Of a DNA stretch of 64,000 nt, positions 1 through 13,176 are shown one piece after another. The DNA lies in the NCBI RefSeq assembly GCF_009914755.1, contig NC_060937.1, one strand, 5' to 3'. Source of the DNA: the human T2T-CHM13v2.0 reference genome, Homo sapiens. Made by a program: the position numbers and the translations under genes. The notes under the pieces were generated by a model. The model was given only the letters and a program-made list of their open reading frames with translations, was not told the origin of the DNA and searched no databases. Within the stretch, counting starts at the first letter, position 1. The number at the start of each line of letters is the position of its first letter.

Positions 1-340
1 ATTGTATATGTACCAGGATGTTAAAATTAGCTTTAACCAAGAAATACAGTAGCTGAGAATGTCGAAAGCTAGATTGCACATGCACACATATTCCACCACT
101 TTGAAATCTCAGCTAGATCAGTCATATAGCTTGGCAGAATGAAGAACAGGAGGATTTGTGCAGTTGTGTCTTCAGAGTATCTGTTGTAATGCTGAGTCCC
201 ATCTCCACCCCAGGGGGTTGCTGGGTTGCTGGCAGGTGTTAAGGGAATGTCATCTTCCTTAACTTAAGCCTAGTGAGAAGTTAGTGTTTTGTGTAAACAG
301 ATACATGCTTATCCAGTTTTGTTCTTTGTCCTGGCTTTTT

Positions 341-615
341 TAATTTTATTTTTTCTGAGACAGAGTCTCACTCTGTCACCCAGGCTGGAGTGCAGTGGCG
401 CAATCTCAGCTCACTGCAAGCTCCTCCTACCTCAGCCTCCCGAGTAGCTGGGACTACAGGTGCCCGCCACCATGCCCGGCTAATTTTTTGTATTTTTAGT
501 AGAGACAGCGTTTCACCGTGTCAGCTGGGATGGTCTGGATCTCCTGACCTCGTGATCTGCCTGCCTCGGCCTCCCAAAGTGCTGGGATTACAGGCGTGAG
601 CCACCACGCCCGGCC
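341..615 (-). mobile_element. AluY SINE with ~22-bp internal deletion
   Basis: Antisense Alu with AluY diagnostics (gcaagctcc, gggactacagg, ctcctgacctcgtgatc); exact 14-bp TSD tgtcctggcttttt at 327-340 and 616-629. Confidence 0.95.
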
Positions 616-2379
616 TGTCCTGGCTTTTTCCCTCTGGCAATTTGATCTGGAGCCTAGGGAAGAGGAATTGCTTTTGTTCGACTTCACTGACATGACAGTT
701 TGAAACAGAGAAATGATAGTGAAAGAGGATGAGAATAAAACCAGCCACTTCAAGGAATGGCATCCTGGGAGCCAAGGGCTCCAAAAGTCACCACCAGGAA
801 TTAAAGAGAAGTGTACTGACATCCAACCACAGTAGTGTAAGCAGTTCTTGACCTGAAGGTCTATCTGGTCATCACCAAGAGTCCAAGAAGAGAAAGATGT
901 CATTGGTGATCTGGAAAACTAGCTCCCCTTCCTGGACTGTCTCTTTTAGAATTGGGTGTCTGCTTCTTCCTTTCCAGGTTGTAGAACCATGTTCTTCATT
1001 CTTCCTCCACTTACTCAAACTAGCCATCTTCATTATTTTGACTTTTCTAATGTTTGGTAATTGGATTGGTTGGCTGTTCTATCTCCATTAAAGTCTGCCT
1101 TACAGCAGAACCTTCACATAGGGCCAAATGAGAACTAAGAGCTCTTATAAAGAAGCACTTTAACACTCATTAATTTTGTCTCAAGTCTTCTGCTCTATTT
1201 GCTGAGTTAGAATAGCCTGCCATTTGTGGAAGGTGCTGGCTGTCTGTTATCCAGGGCCCTGGCTAGGCATCATGACAGAGCTTATTGTTAAATCCTTCAC
1301 TTTGACTTAATGGAGCTTTTGTGCATACAACATGTGCCTGATATTTCAGAGAAACTCTCATTCTTTTTCTCCCATAACCTAGAGATTAATGTGGACACTG
1401 AATATTCTGTCCACCTACTGATTTCTCTCTAGTCTTATTTTTTGCTGCTTATGAAAAACAAAGGCCATCATTGTTCAAATGGCCCTACTCATTTCCTACA
1501 AGTCTTTGTTTCCTACGATTCACAGGAAATTAAGATTATTATGAAGGTAGATTTTCATTCCTTACCCAGGGCCATCCACACATCAGCACTGAGGATTAAC
1601 CTAATACCATTGTTCTCCCTGTCTGAACATCAATAATCTTTTTTTTTCCCCCTTCCCAGAAGTGGAGGACCGAACTAAGCCATTGAAAAGAGTTCTGATG
1701 CAGTTTAAAAAACCTCTCTGCAGGGCACCTGTGGGCAGCCCTCTGTTGCATGGTCAATGGGTTCTGGGTAGGTAGGTTTTCTTACAGCTCAGCCTGGGGC
1801 AGAAATTTCCAATTTTCTAACTTCTTAGTTTCTGTTTGTTCATACAAATGCTTTGTAAAGCATGCCATTTATACAATGTTTTTAACTTTTCAAAAATGGC
1901 TAATTACATGATCATATGTTAGCATAATTCTTGTGGGATAGAAAGGAAAAACCATCAAGATTGGAAGAGTCAGACCACAGAAGACTGTCTTGCCTACATT
2001 TACACAACTTATAAAGAGATTGCGGATAAGAATTTATTATCTAGCCATCTGGCCTACCTGAGTTGATAACCCTATCTCTATCTCCTGCTGCAACCACAAA
2101 AAGTGAAATAAACATTTTATAAGAAATAGGTTTTTCATTTTTGGCCCAGAAATGTGGGAAACATCAAAATGGTTGGTGATTTGTCTTTTCTTAGATTTTA
2201 GTTGACAACTGAAAGGATTTCTGTAGTTTTCACTAGTAGTTAGAAAAATGTGTACATTTGCTGTGATTTATAAGAGGATGGAGGAAAGTGTGTATTCAGA
2301 TCATTGCTGATCTTTCAAGCAATAACAGCCTATAAATTCAATTTGCCATTTTCAAGCACAAATTTTAAGTGAGCTTCTT

Positions 2380-2780
2380 CTATGTTCTCATCTTTGCATT
2401 TCTGATTACCATTTGATTTTGCATTTTGTGTTTATTGAGTGTTTGGATATATGACATCTAATTCCTCCCTGGTTGCTTCTCTTATTTTAATATGGTCCTC
2501 TATCAAGATCTTTTTGACCAAAATGCTGCCGTTTGATAGTAGCTGGTCAGTTTTCCAATTTGAGGCTTTAATAACCTAAACTCGGGGGTTGTGACCAATC
2601 CCGTTATGGTAGCTGTTTATGGTTTATCGTTAGAGGGTCTAACACTAATTTAAGGCATCTAATTCATCTATTTGTTGAAAGATTCATGACAGAAAAATTT
2701 CTTAATTTCTATGATTTAACTCTAAAAATTCTTTGGGAATTAATGTCAAATAGAGCCTTTTCTTTGTTCCTTGACCTTAT
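2380..2780 (-). mobile_element. Highly decayed L1M(E) fragment
   Basis: T-rich; ttgcatttctgattacc and aaatttcttaatttctatg resemble antisense L1ME ORF2/3' motifs. Confidence 0.35.
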
Positions 2781-3818
2781 GGTGAGTGAACTACTTTCCC
2801 GTTATTGGCCCTCTTCTCTATAATTAATTATTACTTTTATATCTGGTTCTTCTAAGTCTCTTCTAATATGGATCTTACTTAGGCTGGTATATAGCTAGAA
2901 ACATATGGTTTGCTCACCTTATCCTTTTTGTAAATCGTGTTTGGGGGTTATTGCTTGTAACTGTTAGATATTAAAATAAAAACACAATCACATCCTCAAA
3001 ATAGATATTTCATCACACATTTAAAGAGACACATGAATTAAAACAGGAGTTAAAAATGTAGACTAGGTATAGTCTAATAATTTTTTATTAATTTTCCACT
3101 GTTCTTATTAAATACTGCTAAATTTAATTTTAATCTTCTTTATGCTGACTTAAAGAGAACATTTACATTCCCTTAAGTAATTAAAAATAAATGTTCATTG
3201 GAGTTCCCATGTGCTTGCTACAGCGTAGTTAGCTCAAGCCTATTTTACCTCAAAAAAAGTTACACCCTCATCTTTAACTACCTGCTTTTAAAATTATCCA
3301 AAAGAAAACATTAAGTTCCTTTTCAACACTCTCAATTAATTTCTTAAGACACCTACTTCCCATTTTGCCTCCTCCGCATCATTGTCATCTCACCAAGAAA
3401 AGTCCCTGCTCACTCTTCCCAGCTCCCCAACCTCAGTGTGCTCTCTGCTTGTGAGTGGTGACAAACACAAACAGAGCTATGAAGACACAGGCTCTGGTTC
3501 TCTCCAGAATAAGACTCTGCTATGATGACATTTTCCCAATTTTGCTTCTCTTTGTTCTTGGAACTAAAGATACACATTTATTATTTAGCCTGAATTATGT
3601 GATTGATCAGTGTAGACAAGAACCACCAAAGAGACTGATAAAAAAACAAGATTAGATGGCTGACTCCCAGAAATATTGAGCTGGGAGCTCCTGCATGAGA
3701 ACCAAAAGGTTCCATTGTAAACAACCAGTCATGTAATTCGTGTGCAGGTGTTTGGATGAATCACTTAGAAACACTGCTTTATGGTTCCCAGTTTTACAGC
3801 CTGATTCTTATTTGCTAC

Positions 3819-4092
3819 TGCTGTGGTTTGAATATATGTGTCCCTCTAAAATTAATATATTAGGACTTAATCCTTAAGGTGAAGGTATTAAGAGGTGGAG
3901 CCTTTGGAAGGTGATTAGGTAGAGAGGGCTCAGCCCTCACAAATTGAACTAGTGCCCTTACCAAAGGGCTTAAGGAGGCTTTAACTTCTTCAGTCTTTTC
4001 TGCCATGTGAGAATACCACGTGAAGACGCCCTCACCAGACACCAAACTTGCTGGAACCATAATCTTGAACTTCCTCATCCAATTATGAAAAT
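3819..4092 (+). mobile_element. ERVL-MaLR solo LTR (MLT1A/MST-like), 3' end interrupted by L1
   Basis: Starts tgctgtggtttgaat; contains gtattaagaggtggagcctttggaaggtgattagg and ccctcaccagacacc; tail aatttctattgtttata resumes at ~4914. Confidence 0.85.
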
Positions 4093-4099
4093 ACCATTT

Positions 4100-4913
4100 T
4101 TATTTTTGTTTATTTTTAAAACTTTTAGGCTCAGGGTACATGTGCAGGTTTGTTATACAGGTAAATTGTGTGTCATGGGGATTTGATGTACAGATGATTT
4201 CATCACCCAGGTGATAAGCATAGTACCTGATAGGTAGTTTTTCAGTCCTCACCCTCCTCCCACCCTCCATCTACAAGTAGGCCCCACTCTCTGTTGTTCC
4301 CTTGTTTGTGTCAATATGTTCTCAATGTTTAGCTCCCACTTATAAGTGAGAACATATGGTATTTGGTTTTCTGTTCCCGTGTTAGTTTGCTTAGGATAGT
4401 GGTCTCCGGCGTCATTCATGTTGCTGCAGGGACATGATCTCATTGTTGTTTATGGTTGTGTAGTATTCCATGGTGTGTATGTCCCACATTTTCTTCATCC
4501 AGTCTACCGCTGATGGGCATTCAGGTTGATTCTATGTCTTTGCTATTGTGAAGAGTGCTGTGATGAACATAGGAGTGCGTGTGTCTTTTTGGTAGAATGA
4601 TATCTACTTCTGTGGGTATATACCCAATAATGGGATTGCTGGGTAAAGTGATAGTTCTGATTTCTTTTTGAGAAATCACCAAACTGCCTTCCACAATAGC
4701 TGAACTAATTTACATTCCCACTAGCAGTGTATAAGCATTTCCTTTTCTCCCCAGCCTCACCAGCATCTGTTATTTTTTTTGACTTTTTGATAATAGCAAT
4801 TCTGATTGGTGTGAGATGGCATCTCATTGTCGTTTTGATTTGCATTTCTCTAATGATTAGTGATGTTGAGCATTTTTTATATGCTTCTTGGCTACATGTA
4901 TGTCTTTTTTGAA
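4100..4913 (-). mobile_element. 5'-truncated L1PA13-16-like LINE 3' end
   Basis: Antisense L1 3'UTR (gtacatgtgcaggtttgttatacaggtaaattgtgtgtc...) running into the ORF2 C-terminus. Confidence 0.9.
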
Positions 4914-4934
4914 AATTTCTATTGTTTATACATA

Positions 4935-5420
4935 TTTTAAAAGATCATTCTGGCTGCTGTGTGGATTGAATAGAAGGTAGCAAGAAGGGGAAGTTAGAAG
5001 ATGAAGTCTGCTTGGACTTGGATGACAATGACAGAGTTGAAAGGTAAATGAATCCAGACTGTGTTGTGAAGGTAAAGCATAGGACTGGCCAGTAGAGTGG
5101 ATGTGTACTGTGACAGGGCAGAGGAGAATATCATTTGCAATTTTTGATCTCAGCACAAAGTGAATTATGGTGCCATTTAGTGAGATGGTACGAGTAGGGA
5201 AGTGCAGGTAGGAAGAGAAATATTTAAGAGTTCTTAAATGTGTTGTTTGAGCTTCCTATGAGGCATCCGTATGCCAAGAAGGTAATTGGGTGTATGAGCA
5301 TAGCATTTAGGGGAGAGGCCAACAGTAAGATTATAAATTTGGGAGTCTTCAACATATAAATTATATTTAAAGTTATTGAACTGTATAAAAATCACCAAAG
5401 AATGCAGATTAGAAGGAAAT
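4935..5420 (-). mobile_element. L2 LINE fragment
   Basis: Purine-rich antisense L2 motifs aaagatcattctggctgctgtgtgga, ggtgccatttagtgagatgg, ataaatttgggagtc. Confidence 0.8.
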
Positions 5421-5839
5421 AAAAATTTTAAACACTATTAGTTAATTCATTGAAATTAAAAGAAACATTTTAAATCACAGTGTTTGAGAATGAACCTTAG
5501 AAAATAATTCTGATGGTATGAGTACTATAAATTCTCAAAATATTATACTAAGAAACATAAAATAGAGAATATTAACCTCCTGGGACCACAGGTGAGTACT
5601 CAGCAAAGAGCACAATGGAAGACTAGATAAATAGATAACTAAGGAAGTTCTCCTTTACATTTAATGAGATTCTGCCCTGCCTTTTATTTACTAAAAGGGA
5701 ACAAGGAGCTTATAAAAATATCCAATTTCCCAGAAATCTGACGTTCCATTTTCACTGAGATGTCCATGGACTAATATAATGTCATGAAGTTTTTCTATTA
5801 AATGTGTTACTATAAAATATGACATATTTTACTTATAAG

Positions 5840-6725
5840 AAAATGGGCATGCAAGTCACAGAATAGGGAGGCAGAATGGCTAATAAACATCTGAAAAGAT
5901 ACTCAGCTTCATTTGTAATCAAGAAGCTACACATTAAAATGACATTTTGATACCTTATACCCATTAATTTGAAATGAATTTTTAAAATGCTTATACTGCT
6001 ATTCACTAGCAACCATGGGAAAAACACAACTAGCATATAGTGTTGGTGGGAGTAAATCTGGTATAACATTAGTGACAGCAAATTAGCAGCATCTATTAAA
6101 GTTGAAAATGTGTGAACCGTACCATCCACCAATTCCACCTTTGGACACATCCCCTGAAGGAAATTTTACCCATGTGCACAGGAGAAATACAAAAGGGTAT
6201 TCAATGCAGCATTACTCACAATAATGAATAATTAATTGGGAAAATTATCCTAAAAACTACTGTACTTGGGAGAATAGATACATAAAATATGGTATATTCA
6301 CACTACAGAAATGATGAAACTGTTGAAGAGACTGAGATATGCATATATCTTACCAAAATGCCCAGATCTGAAAAATATCACTTCGAATTAAAAAAATCAG
6401 ATTTCAGAGAGAGAGATACACAGTTGAACATTTATGTAATATTTTTGATACTCTAAAAATCACTATGTTTCTTGTTAGATATCCATATGAATGTAAAACT
6501 ACATAACAATGAACTTGGAAAGATGCACACCAGAGTTACCATAGCAGATACTTTTCTGTGAAGAAAGGTGTGGGAAAGAAAGTGCACTTTAATTCATTTT
6601 ATTCATTTACAGCATTAAGGAACATACATTAAGTTACTAAAAATTGTACATGTAGGGATGTTAATTACGTGTGTCTCTGATATACTATGCTTGATACTTT
6701 TCTATATTTTTTGTTTCTCAAATAC
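5840..6725 (+). mobile_element. L1ME 3' end
   Basis: aatggctaataaacatctgaaaagatactcagc, tgttggtgggagtaaatctggta, atggtatattcacac are old L1M ORF2-end/3'UTR motifs. Confidence 0.75.
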
Positions 6726-7559
6726 ACCACACAAACAAAACCGTCCAAACGAAAATGAGCATTTCTACTAGTAAAAACACAACAGTTATAATTGTTGAAG
6801 AAAACTTACAACAGGCAATTAAAATTGGGTTATTTTGGGGCCTCATGCTTAAGGAATAGAGTTCTAAAGTAAAATTAGCTTCGTCAATTTCCCATTCCTA
6901 TTTGTTTCACAATTCAAGACCCCTCAAACCCAGCATGTATCTACTGAAAAGGGTTATATGATTATAAAAAGGATTCCCTTTTATCTTAAAGTATTTAATA
7001 TTTACCTTTCTTGTGGTTGAGAACATTGACCTATATAGTTTTGGCATTTATCAGATATATTAATACCAAAGAAAGGGAGAGAACCCAACCCAAGCTAGTA
7101 ACTCTGGTACAAAGGAGTCATGAGATCCCAGATATTTCAAGATATTTTTTGGTGCTCATAGAGGCTTTATGCTAAAAGTTTCCAAAAGTCCCCAGGAAGA
7201 AGATATAATGACTAGATTAAATGCTTACAAGGGCTGAATAAATTATGAGAGAGGCTTACATATGTTAAAAAAAATTCCATTTTATGTCTCAGTAGAAAAA
7301 TATGAGGATCAATAAAATTAAACAGTCACTAAATGATTTACTTGTGCATGGGATTGTTTCATGTCCAAAAGTGAACAGCAAATCCAAATGACGTCTAACC
7401 TTCCACCCAGGTTTTCAGTTTGGGAAAGACCTTGCTTCAACCTGCCCACCTCAACTGCCCTGACCTGAAAGCACAAATAGATCATGTTGGTACAGACACC
7501 ATCCATCAAAAAGCCAGTTGGGCTCTATGGGAAATTACCCTGGTTTTATCCAGAAGAGA

Positions 7560-7661
7560 GTGTATGTGTATACATACTTACATACATACATGTGTGTGTA
7601 TATGTGTGTGTGTGTATATATATATATGTATGTGTGTGTTTGTGTGTGTGTGTGTGTGTGT
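7560..7661. repeat. Compound (TG)n/(TA)n microsatellite
   Basis: Directly visible; explains ORFs 7420-7706. Confidence 0.95.
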
Positions 7662-8276
7662 CATAGAGACAAAGTATTGAAGAGGAAGAAATTGTCACAT
7701 TTCTGATTACTGCCAACTATAAAGCCTAATTCAACTGTGGCTTGCCTGGAATTATGATTCTTGGATAATTACAAGTAGCCGTTTGTAAGATTAGAGGAAA
7801 AAGACATTTCCAACCATGAGACATGGATTTATATGCAGTTTGCTTGTTTGCACAAGCAGAAAGAACTGGTAGTTCCTTGGTTCTAACTCATGATAACATT
7901 GATCAGGGGAAAGTATGTACAGCTTCCTTTTATCTAAATCTTTCTGTCTTCCAAGCACACTGGCGTGCTCCTCAAACACTGCAAAACCAGGGATTTCCAG
8001 ATTGCCCATATGAGTTTGAAGTGGTTCTCAAACACAAGGGCTCTGAATTTGTTTCCAAAACCACTGAATAAAGGAAGGGTAAAATGTGGTCAGATCAAGT
8101 CCTCAAATTCACCATTGCAGAGTCACTATCACAATCACGTCTAGCTTTAACTTCCTTAGTTTGTAATGGTGAGAAAATTACCCAAACAAACTTTCCCTAT
8201 TCCCAACTCTTACCAGACTAATAAAAAGTCAGAACTGTGAATCACCCTTTGCCATCGCTGATAACCTGGCAGCCTT

Positions 8277-8416
8277 GTGTATTTGTGTGCATATGTGTGT
8301 GTATGAGTGAATACGTGCATATGTACATGTATGTGTGCACATGTTTGTGTATGCCAGTATGCATAGGTTTGCACATGTGTCTACAGGTAGATATGTTTGT
8401 GTGTATGTGTGTATGT
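8277..8416. repeat. Degenerate (TG)/(TATG) microsatellite
   Basis: Directly visible alternating purine-pyrimidine tract. Confidence 0.85.
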
Positions 8417-8694
8417 TTAAAGGGAAAGAGTTGCTAATGTGGAAGAGTACAGTTGCAAGTATCTTCTTTTCTACTTTTCTGACATTGTGAGCTGAAGGCT
8501 CACACCAGGGGGCTTCTTGATAGATGATGGTTGTGGCTATCTTCTCATCACCACAAAGGCCTGCTGGCAGAACACCTTTTACCACACTATGCTTGCTGAG
8601 GTGCTCTTGATTAGGGGAAATTGGTTTGTGTGCTGGCAAACATAAAGGAGCCATGACTCAGGAAGCTAAATGCCAGAGAAATTGGAATCAGTGT

Positions 8695-8900
8695 TTGTGT
8701 AATGCTTTACAGTTCACCAGTGTCTTTCTATGTACATTAATCTATTTGCTCTGCAAAACAACTCTGTGCCTACTTGTAGGAATAATTATAATACTCCTTT
8801 TATGTAAGATGAAACCGAGGTCTACAGAGAAGTTCCCCATAGTGAGTTAGAGGCAGAGTGAAAGAACAAACTTTAGGTCAAATAACATTCCAGCCCAGTG
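8695..8900 (-). mobile_element. MIR SINE
   Basis: aatgctttacagttcacc...ttttatgtaagatgaaaccgagg, antisense MIR core. Confidence 0.6.
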
Positions 8901-9244
8901 TGACATTCAAATAATATGCAAACCCCCCAGGATGCCAGAGGGACCACAGGATTGAAGTGATTCAATATCAACAGCCAGCATCCTTCAAGTAGATCTTATA
9001 TTGTGTGCATTTATGGATGGGTGAAGAGCTTATCACATAGTTCATTTAGAGATTTAGTTTTAAAATAAAAATACAATAAAAATGTGTTTGGTGTTGGAAA
9101 CCCAATACTCTCTCCAATTGTAGAAGGTGGGGTCTGGACCTTCAAAATAGGCAGGGTTTAAGAAGTACTTGGCCATGCAAGTTGACCCAAGTAGCAGAGC
9201 ACAGGACAAATCTGGCTTTGGGACTTCAGGGATAGTAATGCATC

Positions 9245-9610
9245 ACAGAGGATAGGAATGGGCATATGCTATAGTGGCAAACAACCTCAACATCCCAGTG
9301 GCTCCCCAAAACAGAGCTTCATTTCTCATTCATGCTACATCTCCACCATGTTGGCTGTGGCACTGTTCCAGGTAATCCTTCCTGTAACCCAAGCTGCTGG
9401 GCAGCTAGGATCTGAAACATTATGGGTCTCATGGAGGAGAACTGAAGATGAGATTAGTCTGCTCTTACAGCTTCTTCCTAGAAACGACATATGGCACTTT
9501 TCTCACAGGTCCCTTGCCCAGGGGAAGGCACACAGTGATGCCTACCATCAGAGGCAGGAAATAAACCTCCCGCAGGAAACAGCAGAGAATATTTATGAAA
9601 ATTAATGTAA
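9245..9610 (-). mobile_element. Old MaLR LTR (MLT1K/L-like)
   Basis: gcaaacaacctcaacatcccagtggct...catttctcattcatgctacat matches antisense MLT1K/L pattern. Confidence 0.6.
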
Positions 9611-9964
9611 AGATTTGCTATAGAATTATGTTTTTTCCACACTTTCCTTCTCTTGTCTTATCACTTACATTTACTTATATAGCAGTGTTTTTAAAGACCT
9701 TAAGAAGAGATGGAAAATCAAGGGATGAAGAGAGTCCATTCATTTGCCCATGAGTAAGCCTTTCTTATTGCAGAACCATCTGCCAAGCAATAGTCTTCCT
9801 AGTGTGGTGTCCTCCAAAGGAGTAGACACCCCTCAAATCTGAGGCTGAAAGGAGGCCTCATCACATGTTTTATTTGAGGACTCAGACTAGAGACTAATGT
9901 TCCTGCCTGTGTGACAACCAAGACTTTTCAGACAGACAGAAACTAGCATTCATGGGATGCCTGT

Positions 9965-10160
9965 GGCCACTATGCTTCACTTGTTTTACGTTTATTTCAT
10001 TTACTTCTCACACCAGCCAATGGGGGTAGCGCATATTATCCTGTTGATATAGACAAGCCAGACATTTTATGCAACGTATTCAAGGCCACAAGGCAGTGAG
10101 TGCTACAGCTATCATTTGAACTTAACGTTACCGAAAGCAAAAGCCATGCTTTCTACATTA
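9965..10160 (-). mobile_element. MIR SINE
   Basis: tcatttacttctcacaccagcc...attatcc...caaggccacaaggcagtgag...atttgaac. Confidence 0.55.
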
Positions 10161-10403
10161 CCCCACATTTTAACTTAAAATAATAATAGAAAATCTTTTC
10201 CCTACAAATAATGGTGTCAGAAAGGAGACCCTGCATCTTCTTTGAGTGACATTTCTACCTACGGGCCAAAAAGTATTCTTATCTCTGATCTAAAATAAAG
10301 TTCTTTTCTATTGCTCTCAGCTTAGCAAAAATGAAGCACATTTTCTCATTACCTTCGATACAATCCTCTGAGGATGCACTTAAAATTCTCTAAAAAGATA
10401 AGA

Positions 10404-10510
10404 GGGTGCAGCACACCAACACAGCGCATGTATACATATGTAACAAACCTGCACATTGTGCACATGTACCATAAAACTTAAAGTACAATAATAATAAAAT
10501 AAAAAAAAAG
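10404..10510 (+). mobile_element. Severely 5'-truncated L1PA tail (~100 bp)
   Basis: gggtgcagcacaccaac...gtaacaaacctgcacattgtgcacatgtac...aacttaaagt plus polyA; probable TSD aaaaagataaga/aaaaagaaaaga. Confidence 0.9.
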
Positions 10511-10580
10511 AAAAGAACGTATTTAGGGGCACCGTACTTAAAGCTAAAGGAAATGTAAATGATACGTTATGACACACGTA

Positions 10581-10632
10581 TAGACCTTACTATAAATGTG
10601 GCAACTTGTAGACCTTACTATAAATGTGGCAA
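10581..10632. repeat. Direct duplication, 24 bp x2, period 28
   Basis: tagaccttactataaatgtggcaa at 10581-10604 and 10609-10632. Confidence 0.95.
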
Positions 10633-11169
10633 AGAGATGTCTAAAAGCTTCCCCCTGCTCCGTGCCTCCCTCAGTCAAGGAAAATATATTATTTTCTTCT
10701 AACCCTCTAAGCAGAATACTTCATTACATGGGCTTCCTAGCATTAGCCATTGCCAGGGGGCCAAATACAGTAAATGGATCAATGGCCTGATGCTATTAAG
10801 CAGCTCCTACAAAGAAAAGAAATAGCCCACAGAGTCTCCTTGGCAATCAGACATCAATACTAGACACCCTCCAGGAAGGGCTCCTGAGCAGAGTGCCTAC
10901 ACACAGTCCTGATCAATAAAGCACTAAACAAGAATGAGTGGATCCACTCAGCAAACAATGAACAGGCCTGAGTCATCCATACCATGTCAAAGGAACCAAA
11001 GTATGGAATGCTTTCTAAATGGAAGTTTTAATCAGCTTCAGCTAATCTTGCCACACCCTCACGCATGATTGACTGCTAGGCTGTGCTTCAGAGTCAGTGC
11101 TGGACTCAAACTAGGCAGTATGCAGTACCTACTTTGACAGCACTGAATAGTAGTAGTAGTAATAAAAAT

Positions 11170-11370
11170 GGCAATAACAATAGTAATAATTAATAATCAT
11201 CATTTCTAAGTGTTGTATATGTATTAACTTGTTTAATTCTCACAACAACCCTATGGCATAGATATTATTATTATCTCTACTTTAAAGAAATAAATAGAGG
11301 CACAGAGATGTTAAGTAACTTGCCCAAGATTACATAGCTGGTCATAATAGAGCCAGAAGTTGGGTCTAAA
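11170..11370 (-). mobile_element. MIR SINE
   Basis: tttaattctcacaacaaccctatg...gaggcacagagatgttaagtaacttgcccaag. Confidence 0.85.
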
Positions 11371-12230
11371 GTATGCCTTTACAAACACCCTTCTATATTG
11401 TCTCTGAAAAGGAGGTTGAGGTGCCCTTCCTGGGAGAAAGGAGGAAGCTTAGGCCAGTGGTTCTCTATCACTTGGCTACAGAATTTGGGTAGAAGTAGAA
11501 GTGTGGGGGCAAGTTCATGCAGAGATCTGCCAACAGTATATACGTCAATCACCTTTTTTAGACAGATTAAAAAACCTCACACATCTATAACTTGTATTTT
11601 ACACTATATGTAGATGCTGTTGTGATTTCTAAAATGGAAATTTATTGCATTCAACTCATATTTTTGTCTGCAAACCTCTTGAAAGCAAAGACTGTTTATT
11701 CAGCCTCATGCACTTAATACATGCATGTGAAATATAAATTTTGGAGGATGAATATGTCATTTTAAAAATGAAAGAGGTAACTAAAAATAAAATTCCAATG
11801 TTCAGAAGAATTAATATTTAGTTTAAAAAGAGGTTCTAATAAGTCAAAAAAATTGTAGAACACCAACTAAGACATCTAACTTTTGTTTGAGCTAAATCTT
11901 TCTCAATCAAATGCATCTAAATCAGATGACATTTGGTGTGTCTACTGATGCTGTGGTCCTACTATTGCATGTGAAGTATAAGAGGAACAGCTCTTCATAT
12001 GTTTGCAAGGCATAAATAGCCTTTTCTCTTCGTATAAAAGCCACAGAGCTCACGGTAAAATGTTAGATACCCAATGAACATAAGAACATATTAATTGCTG
12101 ACCTTGGCTTTCCTGCTCCGTATAGCGCTGATATCAGCCTCTGTTAGAGCTCCCTTACTTGAAAAATGGAGATGCTATTTGGGTTTGAGTATAAATTTAA
12201 GTCATTTTTTTATGAGACAAGTTACACAAT

Positions 12231-12286
12231 GAACTGTGAATGGGGTACATGCACCTTTGAACTGTGAATGGGGTACATGCACCTTT
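12231..12286. repeat. Perfect 28-bp tandem duplication
   Basis: gaactgtgaatggggtacatgcaccttt x2 (12231-12258, 12259-12286). Confidence 0.97.
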
Positions 12287-12894
12287 GGAATGAAATATGA
12301 CTTTCAAGATCTATTTAATCAACTAAACTCAGTTCCCAATATGTCAGCTTGGAACAGACCCTAATGCAGACTCCTCAGCCTAAAATTTACACAGATTTTC
12401 TTCCACCTGCCTTGTTTTGTCTATTTTCTTCCTAAGTACAGTTATCACAGGTGGGAATGACATCAGTACAAACTTGACATCCTCCTATTAAGTCAGCAAA
12501 GTGCTTAGGGAAAAACCACATACAACAGTATCAGTAAATAGATCAAAGAGGAAATATTTCAAGAATCTCCTTGTCAAGCAGTAAGTCATTACTTGAGTCG
12601 GAATTAGTTAAAACACTACAGTGCCTCCTTCTAATATACATTTGGTCACCTTCAGCTCAGGGTGCAAGTGCTCTGACACTCAGCTCAGAGGCAAGCAGAC
12701 ATGCTGGAGCCTGTGAATTAACACTGAACTGGGAACTGTCATTGGGAAAATGACAGCCAGCCTTCAGCAAGGAACTTGAACACTAATCCTTGTGTTAGAG
12801 TTCCTACCGTTTTCAGGCAAAACAGAGGAAATACAAGTCAGCAACTTTATTCCCTAGCTTTTTTTTTTTCCCCCTAATTTAAAAATAGAACACT

Positions 12895-13176
12895 GGCTGG
12901 GTATGGTGGCTCACACCTGTAATCCCAGCATTTTGGGAGGCCAAAGCAGGCAGATCACGAGGTCAGGAGTTTGAGACCAGCCTGACCAACATGGTAAAAT
13001 CCTGTCTGTACTAAAAATACAAAAATTAGCCAGGTGTGGTAGTGTGCACCTGTAATCCCAGTTACTCAGGAGGCTGAGGGAGGAGAATCGCTTGAACTTG
13101 GGAGGCAGAGGTTGCAGTGAGCCGAGATCATGCAAGCCTGGGGGACAGAGCAAGACTCCATCTCAAAAAAAAAAAA
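12895..13176 (+). mobile_element. AluS (Sg-like) SINE
   Basis: Full dimer, gatcacgaggtcaggagttt, polyA tail; small deletion near ccactgcactcc. Confidence 0.95.

Noticed and set aside
390-903. Overlapping ORFs up to 135 aa (also 21667-22221, 26613-27036, 35154-35591, 63598-63912)
   Set aside because: Typical Alu translations ([26 protein letters not shown])
630-960. Purine-rich, coding-looking stretch after the first Alu
   Set aside because: Plus-strand frames close quickly and I recognise no parent gene; cannot support a call without BLAST
7791-8071. Antiparallel ORFs in apparently unique sequence
   Set aside because: No recognisable domain or convincing splice sites; lengths compatible with chance
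10581-12286. Period-28 repeats as a CRISPR-like array
   Set aside because: Only two copies each, unrelated sequences, no spacers, eukaryotic context
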